DNA from: Squalus acanthias | Lineage: Eukaryota | DNA length: 64,000 nucleotides | Assembly (NCBI GenBank): GCA_030390025.1 | Contig: CM059433.1 | Location: 18,602,001-18,666,000 of the forward strand | Direction of reading: 5' to 3' | Notes under the pieces: generated by a model | What the model was told of the DNA's origin: nothing | Databases searched by the model: none | The model's input: the letters and a program-made list of their open reading frames with translations, nothing else | Program-made: the position numbers and the translations under genes | Part shown: one piece after another, positions 28,601 through 43,600 of the stretch | Numbering within the stretch: the stretch's first letter is position 1 | Layout: the number at the start of each line of letters is the position of its first letter

Positions 28601-31600
28601 TTGGGGCTAGGATGGGTGAGGATTCCACTCCGCTGCACTTACGTTGGTGGAGTGGTCCTCCAGGAATTCCAGGACCAAATATGCTGTCGTTGGAAAGTAA
28701 GTGCTGCATAAATACCCAGCTTAGATAATTAAGGGGGGTGGGAGTATATTCTGCTGATTTTTCATAGTGATGTTAATCTTTCCAGTGTTGTGGACACACT
28801 TGCTTATCCAGGCGCTGTTGGGCTCAAGCAGGTCACAAATGAGTTTCCTCATGTCAAAGAACGACCTGGCCACATTTACGAGGTGATGATGCCAAAACTT
28901 CAATGTATGTTGCTTTTGACCGGATGATAAAAGGTCTTAAAGTTAGTTTTCAGCCACTGAATATTGATTTTTTTTAAATGTTTGCTTCCTCTTCCAAAAT
29001 TGATGGCAAAAAAAAGTGAAAGTAAAACATTCCAAGGTTTTTTTGTTTGGTGGGTGGGGAGCGGGGGCAGGCGGCAGGATGGTAAGAAAAAGTCATATAT
29101 CTTAGAATAGGTAGAAATAAATCATACTAAAATTAAAGACATACCAGAGGTTTTCAAAATTATGAAAGATTTTGAGAATGTGAATCTTGAAAACGGTGAA
29201 AGATGTTTCCACTAGTTGGTGAACTGGTGACCAGGTGAGTGAAAGAGCAAGTTAAAAGAGATTTTCACATGAAGGGTTATTCGAACTCCCTTTACCACAA
29301 GTGGCTATTGAGGCAGAGAAAGAAGTATCATTTAAAAGGGAATTGGGTAAGTATTTGAAAAAGACGAGTGATAAGGATACAAGGACAGGGCAGGGAAATG
29401 GGAGTAAAGTAGATGGCTCCAGTTGAAGAGGTAGCATTCGCACAGATGGGCTGAATGGCATATGCTGTAAACGCTACGATTCTATGAAATAAAAATAGAC
29501 CAGAGATGATGTTGGTTTCACTGTGACAGTGTGTGAACTGAAAAAATGGAAAATGAGACAGCCCTGGGTGACATATTTCCTTGGATCTGTGCACAGGGGT
29601 GAAGTATATTGCCCTGAACTTTAAAATAAAAAATATTGAGCCAGGATAGTCCAGCCCTCTCCTACATGCGCACGTGGCAAGCATGGTTGGAAAATGAACT
29701 CGGGATCATGCTCTGCCAAGTCTGCTGCCATTACTTTAGTGACTACACCTCAAAAACACTTCATTGGCTGTGGAGTGCTTTGGGACATCCTAAAGTCATA
29801 ACAGACGCTAAATCAGTGGGGCTCCCTTACGGGTGAGCACACCTCCCCACCCGATTTTCCTGTAATTGCTGTGCCCAGGCAATCCAATAGCCCCAAGGCA
29901 CAAGATCAAAAGAATCTGCTCTTTAGTGACTGAGATATCTTTGTAATAAGAAGTGTAGATATCAGTGCCGATCCTTCCCTCAGCTCTACATGCTTTTAAT
30001 TCTGAGCATTGCTTCACTTGGTGCAGAACTTTCCTAGAAGTCACTACACTGAGTGGCACTAAGATGTTGTTCTTACTTTCTGTATACTTCAGGCCCCACT
30101 TACGACCTGACATTCTGTGAAGTAAGAAATCATTCTCTGGTGATGCTGTGGAAACCGCCAATTTTCACTGGCAGCAGCGCTGTCACTGGCTACACAGTGG
30201 ATATCTGTGAAGTAAATTCAGAGGAATGGAGAACTGTGACGGAGAAAGCCGTAACCACTCGGTACTTGAAGGTTAGGAATGAATCGCTCGTGCTATTATG
30301 TTAAATACCTCAATTTACTTTGATGATAAAAATATTTATACTTCAGCTGGAATGCCTTAAAGCCCCATGGCTAAATTAGCCAGTGTTTCTGTTCTTGATC
30401 GCGATCCATGTGTGGCTGTCACATGACAAATGGATCAGGTTCGGCTATGTTGGTTAGCATTGTTGAATAGCTTGTCAAAACTTGTTGTCTAAGTTTCTAT
30501 ATGAAGAATGGCCACTTGGATAAGGCATCACAGGGGCTGTATTCCATTAAGAGACAGCTTCAGGAGAGGAAAGGAGAAAATTGCGGGCGGGGGAGGGAAT
30601 CAACATCAAAAAACAAACTTTGCTTCATAATTCTGAAGCTTCTACTTCATGTAATATGCAATTTTGTTATTTTCAAAAAAAATCTTAATTTCCCCCCTTC
30701 TTGTATCCACCAATTTCTCCCTTCCACTCCTCATTTCCTGAAGGTGACTCTTTGCTGAGCCATGGTTCCATGGGTGCTAGCTATGCTCTGGTACTGTGTA
30801 TGAGTGGCCATTCTTCATCTAGTGAGTCTAGACAGGGCTAGACAGACTGGCTGGGGAGGGGGTCTAGAACGTGGGGTCACAGTCTCAGGATACAGGGTAG
30901 GACATTTAGGACTGAGATGAGGAGAAATTTCTTCACTCAGAGGGTGGTGAACCTGTGGAATTCTCTACCACAGAAGGCTGTGGAGGCCAAGTCACTGAAT
31001 ATATTTAAGAAGGAGATAGATAGATTTCGAGACACAAAAGGCATCAAGGGGTATGGAGAGAGAGCGGGAATATGGTATTGAGATAGAGGATCAGCCATGA
31101 TCATATTGAATGGTGGAGCAGGCTCGAAGGGCCGAATGGCCTACTCCTGCTCCTATTTTTCTATGTTTCTATGTTTCTAGACAAGGAGGCAGACTATTTG
31201 ACCATCGGAGAATCACAAACAAGCCCAATCCTGTCATCACATATCCACATGCGCACTTCCAGCAAGGAGGAGCATGAGTCCTGGATGATTTTCCCTTTGC
31301 TAAAATCAGGCATTACAACTGAGACCAGCTAACAGTACACAGCGGAGATCGAACTTGGGATCTCTCCCATCTGCAAGGCTCAGCTACTCAGTGCCTTAAC
31401 CAGCTGTACCTTGAGGGGACCAAAATCTTAGTTTCTTTAGAGCAGTGAGCCCCTGATCTGGCCATTACTTCAGACCTCTGAGATGAGTTGGGGTTCGGAT
31501 CAGTGAGAGAGAGAGAGAGACAGTACAGAAATGATGCTGTCCTGTCCACGATATGCACGTCTAGAAATGGGCCAGACTGCAGTGCACAGCAAGTGCAAGA

Positions 31601-34600
31601 TCTTTAGTGGATGCTGATCAAAAGCTGATGGTTACAGTGGAGTTGCTCTATACAGTAAATACTTATTCTTACGAACTTCAGTTCCATTTTCATCAAGACA
31701 TATTAGGAATTAACCCCAAAGGCATTAACTGCTTTTAATAGGAGTCTATTTTGTATAGGCACTAAAGAGTGGAGGAAAAAAACCCTCTTCTACTCTCTAG
31801 TCTGACCTAAAGCTTGAACATTACAATATAAAGAAAAGAATAAAGTCACAAACATTTTCTTAATTCTGTTCGATTAACTGGTTTCACTTTCATTATCTTC
31901 ACAGGTTACTAAGTTGGAGGAAGGGAAGAGCTACATCTTCAGAGTCCATGCAGTGAATGCAGCTGGTCCGGGCAAGGCTTCTGAGCCTTCTGAGCCTGTC
32001 TTCATTCAGGCTAGGCCAGGTACGTTCAAATGAGCCATTGCTTGTTACAGACAGGGTTAGGTAAAAGGCTGCTTTGTGCCTGGTACCACGCTATCACTGC
32101 ACCACATTGCAGGAAGCACTTTATGCTGCTGCTTCCATTGGAACTAAATATTTGTCTTCCTTTAAGAGGAAGGAAAAAAACTAGAGGGAGTGCTCTTAGT
32201 TCAAAATACTCCCCGTATTGACAGAAGGAAATAACAGTCTTGCCAGGAATTTATTCGATGTTATTGTAAAAGATGGCTCCGTTGTAAATGTAAGGGGGAG
32301 GTGGAAGTTGGGGGGTGGGGGGGAGGCACTTCAAACCAGTCGAAGGGCTACTCCTGTGCTGCCTGACCCCAGGAACCAATGTCACATACTGGGAAATCTG
32401 CATTTCCAGCCTATAACATGGGCTTTGTGACGTTGGGCAGCTCTGATCCAGTTGAAGTCGTCTCCCTCACTTTACAGCAGAAGTGTGCTGAGACACTTCC
32501 TATTCTTGATGTCACCAAAGTGTCCCAGCAGCGAGGGATTATCCTACTCAAATGTCTCGCGTCAGTTAAGAATGTTGTTTTCTTTTCTGAAACGGGATCG
32601 TATTTTGAACATAAAATACTCTCCCTTAACAATGCTTCTAATCATATAATCATGTTATTAATATCATAACTATTTCTTTCTCTTGACTTAATCTTTAAGG
32701 AACCAAGGAAATCACTACTGGTGTCGATGCAGAAGGCAACATCTACTTGAGCTTTGAGTGCCATGATATGACAGATGCCTCCGAATTTTCTTGGGGCATG
32801 GCCTATGAGGAAATAACTGACTTCTCAAAGGTCCACATTGAAACAGAGGGTGAAAAGTAGGTCGATTATTTTGGTATATTTTTAAGTTACATTAAGCCCC
32901 TGGTGTTTTCCTTTCAAGACTCCCAGCACTCATGGTTTTCATACTGCATCGAAGTTACATTTTATTTCAGATTGAGCTTGGTATGGATTCAGTTTCCGGC
33001 TGGTTCATTTGATAGCTGCACCTGTGTGTTGCAGTATTGACCTATACAGATCAGTAAAGCACCAAATTCAATCAATCCCATCACTGGGCCTGTGCCTATT
33101 GCAACCCCAGACTTAGCTCTGCCTCCCAGGGAAAATCCCAGGAACCCTGGGGCAATGTAAAAGGGGATCTGGCATAATCCGTTTCTGCCCCCCTTTTCCC
33201 AACCTCTGTACCTGGTGAGTGGGAGTTCCCCGGGCAAAAGTCAGGAAAATCGGGCCTACTTTCTTTGGTAAAAAGCTAAGAATAGCAAATGCATAGGTTA
33301 AGATTTTTGCAGATGTTGCAACATTTTGGAGGATCTCCCTGATGATATTTTGGCCATTGGTTTTATAAAGTTTTTAATGGCTGGAGCTTCTCAATATTAG
33401 AAATGGTGTCAGCTAGCTGTGAATCTCTGATATCTTTCTAAGCATTCCCTTTGTTCTATGGTAAATGCATGCGGTTGGCTGGAATGCAAGCAACCTTTGT
33501 TAGAGTTGGATTGATCATGGACACTCTGGCCCCAAAATTCCTAGGGAGGCTTGGGAGGGGCGGGTAGAACAGGGGTGGAGTGGAACTTCCACCCACCCAA
33601 TGCTGAAAGTCCCCCAGCCTATCTGAAATCCTCGGGTCAGGGTAATTTAAACGTCCATGGTGGGGCACCCTCATTGTTTGCAGCACGAACCGGGATGTAC
33701 GCCTGACTGATTGAGGGGGGGGGAGAATTCCACTGCAGCAGTTTGCCACAGCGCCCATGGTCTTGCACGGCTCGGGGGAGGTAGAGAACTGGAAAGCTGC
33801 TCTTCTTTCTTCTGGTTTCAGCAATGCTGAAAGAGCAGAAACCGATCTGGCGATGGTTTAAAGACACACCCTGCCCCCCCCACAGCCCTAACAACACTGG
33901 GCGTCAAGGACTGGCAGCCAGCCCTGGGATCCAGCGTTGCTAATGGCGTGAACAGGAAACAACAACGTATTTTCCTCGTGCATACCCATTCTAATGTACC
34001 CGCCCATTTGCAGCTGGGTGTATTGTGGCCCCGCCTCAAAGTGCTGTGCTGTGCAATAGGACCAGAAGGGGCGGAACCTTGGAGGATCTAAGCTCCGCCC
34101 ACTGGCAGTCCACCACAAGACTTCCCTCCCCAGCCGCAAGAATTTCAAGGCCCCTGCATTAAATATTCATCAAAGACTTCTGTCAATTGCGTTCATCCGA
34201 TGGTGATGGGTCAGACTAATGTATAATTTCCGTTTGTTGTTGCGTGAAGATAATCTAGTGGATATTGGGGAAAGGAGCAGGAATTAAACATCATTTATTG
34301 AAAGCCATCACCCCATTGTTTACCAAGGTATGAAGGCTGTCAACAGTTCATTTGCTTGACTTCTTCAAAAATAATTGTTTTGATAGCAAAAAAATAATTG
34401 AATAAATGTCCCAGGACTGACTGCTGATTTGTAGTTTAGGACCACTGCTTTTCTTGATTATATATTAATGACTTGGACTTAGGTGTACAGGGAACAATTT
34501 CAAAATTTGCAGATAAAACAAAACTTGGAAGTATAGTGAACAGTGAGGAGGATAGTGATAGACTTCAAGAAGACATAGACAGGCCGGTGGAATGGGAGGA

Positions 34601-37600
34601 CACTTGGCAGATGAAATTTAACACAGAAAAGTGCGAAGTGATACATTTTGGTAGGAAGAACGAGGAGAGGACATATAAACTAAAGGATACAATTCTAAAG
34701 GGGGTGCATGAACAGAGAGACCTGGGGGTATATGTGCACAAATCGTTTGAAGGTGGTAGAGCAGGTTGAGAAAGCGGTTAAAAATGCATACGGGATACTG
34801 GACTTCATAAAAGAAAGACTTGCATTTATATAGCGCCTTTCACGACCACCGGACGTCCCAAAGCGCTTTACAGCCAATGAAATATTTTTGAAGTGTAGTC
34901 ACTGTTGTACTGTAGGAAATAGAGGCATAGAGTACAAAAGCAAAGAAGTTATGATGAACCTTTATAAAACACTGGTTCGGCCTCAACTGGAGTATTGTGT
35001 CCAATTCTGGGCACCGCACTTTAGGAAGGATGTGAAGGCCTCAGAGAGGGTGCAGAAAAGATTTACAAGAATGTTTCCAGGGATGAGGGACTTCAGTTTT
35101 GTGGATAGACTAGACTAGAGAAGCTGGGGTTGTTCTCGTTAGAACAGAGAAGGTTGAGAGGAGATTTGATAGAGGTGTTTAAAATCATGTGAGGTCTAGA
35201 CAGAGTAGATAGAGGGAAACTGTTCCCATTGCCGGAAGGGTTGAGAACCAGAGGACACAGATTTAAGGTGATTGGCAAAAGAACCAAAGGCGACATGAAG
35301 AAAAACCTTTTTACGCAGCGAGTGGTTAGGATCTGGAATGCACTGCCTGAACGGGTGGTGGAGGCAGACTCAATCACGGCTTTCAAAAGGGAATTGGATA
35401 AGTACCTGAAGGAAAAAACTTTGCAGGGCTACGGGGAAATGGCGGGGGATTGGGACTAGCTGAAATGCTCTTGCAGAGAGCCGACACGGGCTCGATGGGC
35501 CGAATGGCCTCCTTCTGTGCTGTAACCATTCTATGATAGCAACAAATTGCATTTATATCGCGCCTTTAACATGGTAATATGTCCCAAGGCGCTTCACAGG
35601 AGCGTAATCAGACTAAAATTGACACCAGGCCAAAGAAGGACAGGTAACTAAAAGCTTGGAAAAAGAGGTAGGTTTTAAGGAGGGTCTTAAAGGACGAGGT
35701 GAGAGGTGAGAGGTGGAGAGGTGGAGAGGTTCAGTGAGGGAATTCCAGAGCTTGGGGCCTAGATGGCTGAAGACACGGCCGTCAACGGTGGGGCGAATGA
35801 AGTGGGGGGACACACAAGAGATCTTTATTTATGTCACTACATGGGCTGCGAGTGACAGAATCCTGTGTGCAGTGCTCACACATTTACCACTAGATTTTCC
35901 GATTCCTGCACCTGGATGTGTTACGTCGCCTGGGAGCAGCACATAGATGAAAATCAGTCGGTGACGATCGCACTTCAGAATGACAGCCTGCATTATTGTC
36001 CATCCATGGACAGAAAATCAGGTGTGCTCCCTTGGTCATCACTCCTCTATGTGCTGTGCCCAGGAAACCCAATGAGCCCTGGCATCGGAACAGGAAAATC
36101 TAACTCTCTGGTCAATTAAACATTCAACTCAGTTGTATGTATTGTAAGTTACCAGTTGTGCTATATAGAATCTTGCTATATTGTTGCTTCAATGAATTAT
36201 ATTTTATTTATGAATAAAATTTGTTTTTCTAATAGATCCAAGCTGATCTTTAAGCATCCTAACATGTCAGATTTGGGAACATATTCTGTGGCAGTCTCAG
36301 ACACTGATGGCGTCTCTTCCAGCTTTGTTTTAGAAAAAGAAGGTACGCTCTCCTCCACACATCCGATCAGGGCCAAGGCCGTATCCGGGTGGCTCTCTCG
36401 ATCGACAGGCCGCAGGAAACCCAGTTCCACCAGGTCTCTGCCGAAATTTCACAGGGAGCCCATATAGACCCGTAGAAGTGTCATGGGCCGATCATGCTCG
36501 CCACTCCTACCTCAAGGTGACGTGTCTGGGGAGATTTCCTGAGCTACCCTGGGAATTCTGTCCATCATGTCCTTATAAGACCTCAGTGGAAGTTTTAGCA
36601 GCTGAGAGCTGACACGAGTCCCATTCAGGCCTTCCAAAAGGCCCGAAACCAGAATTGATTACCTTAAATTTCTTACCTTAAGTCTTCCTTCAGAGCTGAA
36701 GAATTTTAAAGTTTTTTTTTAATCTTTGGCCCCCGGGAGGACTCTACTGTATGCTGCTGGATTGGGGAGTGGGTGGGGGTGGCAGTGGGGCGGCACCACT
36801 AATACACCCTTGCAGGCTCTGATGGCTCACCTCAAACATGCAGATGACCCTGTCCTCAAAATACAGGACGAAACCTAGGGCTTCAGGCATGGGCACACTT
36901 GCAGCCCACTGTGCCCCACTTCTGCTGGCTGAGCAGGCCGATTGGAATTTCAGCCCCACTGTGTCTGGTTAGAATAATTGGTGTAGATTTTTTCATATTT
37001 GTCGCCTGGGCAATAAGCATGGTCTGGACGGAGTTTAGAAAGGAAATTCTGGCGGGGAGGCTTGCAAGCCAGTCCACTGAATCCTTCCCACCAGATTTTC
37101 CCTATTGTCCAGACGATGTTTAATGCCCAGGTGGTAAAAATGGAAAGTCTATCCTATAGAATCTAAACGGTGTATTGGGTTTCATTATTAAATCTCAGAA
37201 AATGTTGTCACAGAATAAAAATCCATCTGCCTTCTATTTTTCAGAAATGGAACGCTTGATGACTTTGAGCCACGAGATCAGACATCCAAGTGAGTATAGC
37301 TGAACGTTTATTGGCAAATTTACTGCGAATGACAACACAATGAAGCCTTCATTATTCACTCTGTCAATTATAGAAACATAGAAACATAGAATCTAGGAGC
37401 AGGAGTAGGCCATTCGGCCCGTCGAGCCTGCTCCACCATTCAATACGATCATGGCTGATCATCCAAATCCAGTACCCTGTCCCTGCTTTAATCCCCACAG
37501 TACACATATCCCACCCTACCCCCGTAACCCCACGTATTTAATTCCCCCTAACATATCCCATCCTATCCCCATAACCCCACATATTTAATCCCCTCCTAAC

Positions 37601-40600
37601 TATCGGATTTTCTCGGGACAAAGTCTTGCCTTATTTAATTTCAGCTTTCATTCTTCAAGATTGTGCACTATAAACTCTCGCTGTCCTGAATTAAATTGTT
37701 TCCAATCCTTGGATTGAAACATGAGGAGCAGCATGAATTAATGCAAACAGAACGTGGCTATGTTAAAATGTATTGGAAATGTTTACGGGGGAAAGTGCGA
37801 GTCCTTTAGTCAGTTTAGCAGTTTAACATCTGCCGATTTGTATATATAAAAACATGAGTGCCATCTGTCACACTTGAAAGTGGCGCGCATAAAAATTCCG
37901 GGCCGGATTTTCTACTCTGAGATCGGGCAGGATAGCAGCGGAAAATAGGGAAAACTCAGGTGGCGAGGCCTAATCACAGAATCCCTACAGTGCAGATAGA
38001 GGCCATTTCGGCCCATCGAGCCTATCCCACCCTATCCCCGTAACCCCACGTATTTAATCCCCCTAACACTAAGGGTCAATTTATCATAGCCAAATCAACC
38101 TAACCCGCACATCTTTGGACTGTGGGAGGAAACCGGATCACCCGGAGGAAACCCACGCAGACACGGGGAGAATGTGCAAACTCCACACAGACAGTCACCC
38201 GGCACCGGATTCGAATCCGGGTCCCTGGCGCTGTGAGGCAACAGTGCTAACCACTATGCCACCGTGTTGATTCCCATTAGCAGGTCCAGGCAAGCTGCCC
38301 CATTTTCCTGTCTCCGTCAACCCCGGGAAGTGCCAGGATAAGGATGGCGGCAGTCCCCGAGATAGTAAGCAACGCTCCCTGTCTTTTTTTGGTGCACAGT
38401 CCCTTTAACGGACTGCGCGGCCCATTCAAATTTTCGCGCACGCTCGGTTTCTTACATTGAAAAGCCGGTGAGCAGCCTGCGCGGGACCTCCAGCCCACTG
38501 CGCAACCGCGCGGCTTAGCGGGAATGTTGATAGTAAGCCACTTATGTCACTAGTCCATCTGGGCCTAGCCAGTGGGCTCCTCTCCTCCACAGCGGCCCCA
38601 ACTACTATTAATTTTAGGTCTCATTTCAGCCGAGAAATTTCCGCTGTTCCCTCTTCAGGGTTCTTCCGCCCCCTTTTAAATCCTCGACCACCTCTTCAAG
38701 TGCTGCAGCACCACCAGAATTTTACGTGTTGGCAGCCCCGGGGTCCTGCTTTGTTCCCGAGATCCCACTAGGAGCCCGCCCTCTTATGACAAATGAGTCC
38801 CGGCCCAGGAAAATGAGGCGCACTTACAGTGGGGCGATAGTGATGGGTGGAGGTCTTGCTCTGTCGCTAGTCCGCCAGGAGGAGAATCCAACCCTCTGTA
38901 CCCCAATTGCACATAACTGGCTTAAATATCATATTCATGAAACGGCAACAAATCACAACTGAACAAATATGGAAACCACCAGCGAACATACAGCATTTAA
39001 GAAATATTAAAAATGAAAGCAATCAACCTTGGATTGACCTCAGAATTTTATAACTAAGAGCAATTAATTGGCTTCAGAATGTACGCATTCACAGCAATAG
39101 GCCTTAAAAGAACAGGCTATAAACGGCTCCACTTTATCAGCACAATAATACATTGTGCGTTGCATGGAATAATAGTTCTTTACCAGGAACGATGGTATCG
39201 AAGGTCGCTAGTGTTGGATATCTGTGAAGAAATTCTCTATCACTATTTACACCATTTCTCCGGGTTTTGCACGGATTTTCCACTGAAACCTCAGGAGATC
39301 AGGAGAACCCTCGCAGAAATCCAAACTAAATTCCACTAATTTTTTAATTTTTTTTTGTTGAATACAGTAAATACGCAATTCAAAGCAACTCCTTCTTCTC
39401 TTTCCTCTTAGCAATCCCGTTGAAAAGTGAATTATCCTACGAGGTTTTTGAGAAAGGCCAAGTTCGTTTTTGGCTACAGACTGGGAGCGTGTCACCCAAT
39501 GCTCATTGCAAATTCATTGTCAATGACTTGGAGCTGACAGACACCAAGGTAATGACTCCCTTCAAAGCAAAGTATCTGTAAGTGATGGGATGAAAAGCGA
39601 CTGTGGCAGAAAACGCCAAGGGACATCAATGTGTGCCACAGCACAGCATCGCCTTTCTTTATTTCGACACGTTATTTTATAAATAAACTTGAACCAGGAA
39701 TAAAAGTAGAAACGGCTGGGAATGTGCAAGAGGTTGGGCAGCAGCAGAAAGAGAAAGAGGAGTTCTGACTGAGGGTCACACTGAAATGGCAACCAGTCTT
39801 GCAGATGTTTACTGACTTGCTGGTCTAGAGATCCTGCTGGTTCATGGCAGATTTTACATCCAGCGATATGCAAATGAGTTTGACCGGAAACTTGAGAAAA
39901 ATAAACAATTCTCAAAACTGGCGCATTTTGCGTCCAAAGTGGAAACTCTACCCTGTGTCTTTCCAGCATCTCCTGAATCTATTTCAGTGTCCCTGCACTC
40001 AGGGCTTTTCTTTTCATCTCCACTAAGTTGAGTCAGCGTTTACCACATCGTTCCTATATTAAAAAGTACATTTGGGGAACTCGTAAAATTAATTGCACAA
40101 TGCACAAGTGATGAAGTTATGAGTAGAATTTCTCTTTCTTACAATCTGTTTGCTTTTAGAATTCATTTGCTCCTCCTGCAAGGTTCTTCCCCCCCCCCCC
40201 CCCCCCCCCCCCCGCGCTTGCTGTTACTTAACCCAGAGGACAGGCTGGCATCCTGGGTCTTTGTTGATGCTGCTTTTTGTACTGACCGCTAGAAGTTTAA
40301 TCCCTTCTGACTATGCGGCCCTACCTCAATGGAAGTGCCTGACCTCTGCTCCGCATCTCTTCCATACTACCTGGCTGAGATCAGAAACTCACACCGGGGT
40401 AGAAATGTTGGGGGCAATTTTAACCTTAAAGAAACGGGCGGGTTGGGGGTGTGGGGGGTATAAAATTGTTAAAAAATGGGATGCCCAACTTGAACCCGCC
40501 CACTTCCGATTTTAAGGGGGGGCAGGTGATCAACCCACTCCCGAGGGCGGAATGTCAATTTAAATATTATAATGAGATTGAAGCCTCTTTTTTAACCTCC

Positions 40601-43600
40601 ATTTTGTTTTTAACTGCATGTGGACGGGTTTCACACAATTCGTGAAACCCGGCAGTTACAGCAAGACGGGGACTGCTGCATCCAGGAGGCAAGAGCCTTT
40701 ATACCTACCTCCTGGATCCAGGGTCCCTGCCTAGCCCACCCCCCGCGATCAGAGACCCCTCCACAAGGCCTCCGATCACCTCCCCAGGCATTCCCCCCCT
40801 CCACCCCAGCAATGATGCTGAGGCCGGCCACGATCCTCCCTTCACCACCACGATCATCCGTTGGTCAGCCACGATCTTCTCTTTCCACCCCTACCGATCC
40901 TCCGATGGCCGACCCCGATCCTGCAGTGGCTGGCCACGATCTTCCCTTCACAACGCCCCATCATCCGGCCCTGAGCCTCTTCCCGCCCCGCCCCCAGCCC
41001 GATCCATCCATTTAACTACCCGGCCTCCACGCGAACCCTCCCTCCCTTTTTCCTCTGTGCGGCCGCAGGCCTACCCGCCCACAGCCAGCCAGCCTCTCAA
41101 TCTGGCCGGCTGGGGGCAGGAAACTGAGGCCTCGCATGCAAATCAGGTCCTGCCATTAAAGTCGTCAGGGCCTGCAGGAAACCCGGCTCGGAGCCCCCCC
41201 AGCCCCAACCCGCTTTCCTCATTAAAATTCCGGCCGTTGTCTCAGAAGTCTGTGGTGGTTCCAAAGAGCTTGTTTAATGATGGAATTATTTCTCTTTTGA
41301 AGCACTTTCGGTAGTGGTAGCAAACCTGAGATTAATGAACAAACACCTACAAGCCTTCTGCCCTGAGTTCCACATTCAAGTAAAAAGAAAAACTTTAAAA
41401 GAATATGGGAAAGGGTCTAAAGAGTTGGCCCAGGCGTGATGGGCCATTGAACTTCAATGGAAAAGATGATGATCGGGGTAGACTGTAAAACAGGCTACCG
41501 ATTCGCTATTGCCCATTTTTCATTACCACCAAGACGAATTTCTACCTCATATTCTTTATTTTTTGTGAGTGTCAAACACAGTGGTGACCCTCAGATCTAT
41601 TTTTTCCCCCCCTCTCTTTCAATTTCCCCCGCCCCACCATCCCCTCCCCCCCCCTTTCTTTTCCTGTGCCATACTTCTGGCCTTTGCAATTCCACTCCTA
41701 CGCCAACTGGTAGAAGGTGCATAGGACCAACCCAAGGTTCGTCTGATTTACCCAGCATCCCTGTTGGGGAAGCACCTGTCCTCCTTTCAGCATCTCTGCA
41801 CGAGGCCTGGTGGAGATTAGGAACTTGCTGCCTGAAAAATCAAGGGTAGGAATCCTACTACTCTACAACACATTGGTACTCCGCCATGTCGTGTCACTGG
41901 CCCACCTTGTAGGAATAATTAGGCTGAGTGTAAGGATCAATTTAGTAGCACTGCTCTCATACATGATCTGGGCGATCAATCAGTCAGTTGAGCAATGCAC
42001 CTGCACTTTCCTGTACACAGGAACAGGAGGAGGCCATTCAGCCCCTCGCGCCTGCTCTGCCATTCAATTAGATCATGAATGGTCTGTACCTCAACTTCAT
42101 TTACCCATCTTACCACCATATCCCTTGATACCTTTGCCTAAGAAAAATCTATCACTCTTAGTCTTGAAAGCTCTAATTATCCTAGCCTTTTGGTGGAGAG
42201 AATTCTAGATTTCTACTGCATAGCAGCTATCAGAGAGGCAATGCATCAAAGTATAATTATTCAGTCATTCCTGCAGTGGAAATTATTACCCAACCGATTT
42301 ATTCAAATCTGCTATCCCAATGAATTTCTCAGATGCTGCAGAAAAAATGATTGTCTGTAAAGTGTGCGAATCTAAATAGACTCCATATTCTGAGAAATTT
42401 CACTTGATTTTCCTCAAAGGAACACAAGATTACGTTTGATAAATCTACCGGTATGATTGAGATGGTGATGGAGCAGTTCACGAGTAAGAGTGAAGGTACT
42501 TACACTATCCAAATAGAGGATGGCAAGGCCAAAAATCAGTCATCACTGGTTTTCATTGGGGATGGTAAGTGTGCTTTTTCACCTCAGTAATACAGTCAGC
42601 TTCTTTTACACCCAGTGCCTGACTAGCTGGATGGACTACATTGGCTGAAAATGTTTTACTGTTTGTCCTTTGTAGCATTTAAGGCGGCACTGGCGGAGGC
42701 TGAATTCCAGAGAAAGGAATTCCTGAGAAAACAAGGTAAGATATAAATGGCTTTTGTCTTGGACAAAGCTTCTATAAAATTATCCCCCTTTTTGTGTGCT
42801 TGAAATTGACTTGAAATCTTCTGGGATGGCACACACTGCATGTTAATGTGTTCCAATATTGGGTTTTAATAATAAAGTCCTCTATCTGCTATTTTAATGA
42901 AAATGCGGGTTACTGGCTCATTACTATAGAGGAAAGAAGAATTTTATACAAATGCCTTCTTAGGCAGTCCCTCGGAACCGAGGATGACTTGCTTCCACAC
43001 TAAAAATGAGTTCTCAGGTGACTGAGGAGTCCAATGCGGGGCCTACAGTCTGTCACAGGTGGGGCAGACGGTGGTTGAAGGGGCGGGTGGGTGGGGTGCT
43101 TGGGTTGACATGCGCTCCTTCCGCTGTTTGCGCTTGGCTTCCGCTTGCTCCCGGCGAAGAGACTCGAGGTGTTCGGCGCCTTCCCGGATGCTTCTCCTCC
43201 ACTTTGTGCGGTCTTGGGCCAGGGATTCCCAGGTGTCGGTGGGGATGTTGCACTTTTTCAAGGAGGCTTTGAGGGTGTCCTTGAAGCGTTTCCTCTGCCC
43301 ACCTGGGGCTCTCTTGCCGTATCGGAGCTCCGAGTAGAGCGCTTGTTTTGGGCGTCTCGTATCAGGCATACACCCGAAGGTCACACTTTCTTCTGGAAAG
43401 GCAGACAAATGCATTATATTGGTTGTAACTAATGTCGCAGAACGCAACTTCACTGCATTTGTGCTTTTTAGTTTAAATTAGGCATTTTTATCTCTGCCTC
43501 ACTCTACAGTAAATGTTTCCTATCTTGCTGGCCTTTCTTCGCTTTCTCTGTTCCTCCCTCCCCAGGGGCTGATGAATTATTGTAGAGCATTTTACAGGTT

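Noticed and set aside
40189..40213. Poly-C tract (also near 3265, 53986 and 63673)
   Set aside because: Homopolymers with uncertain length; no evidence of function
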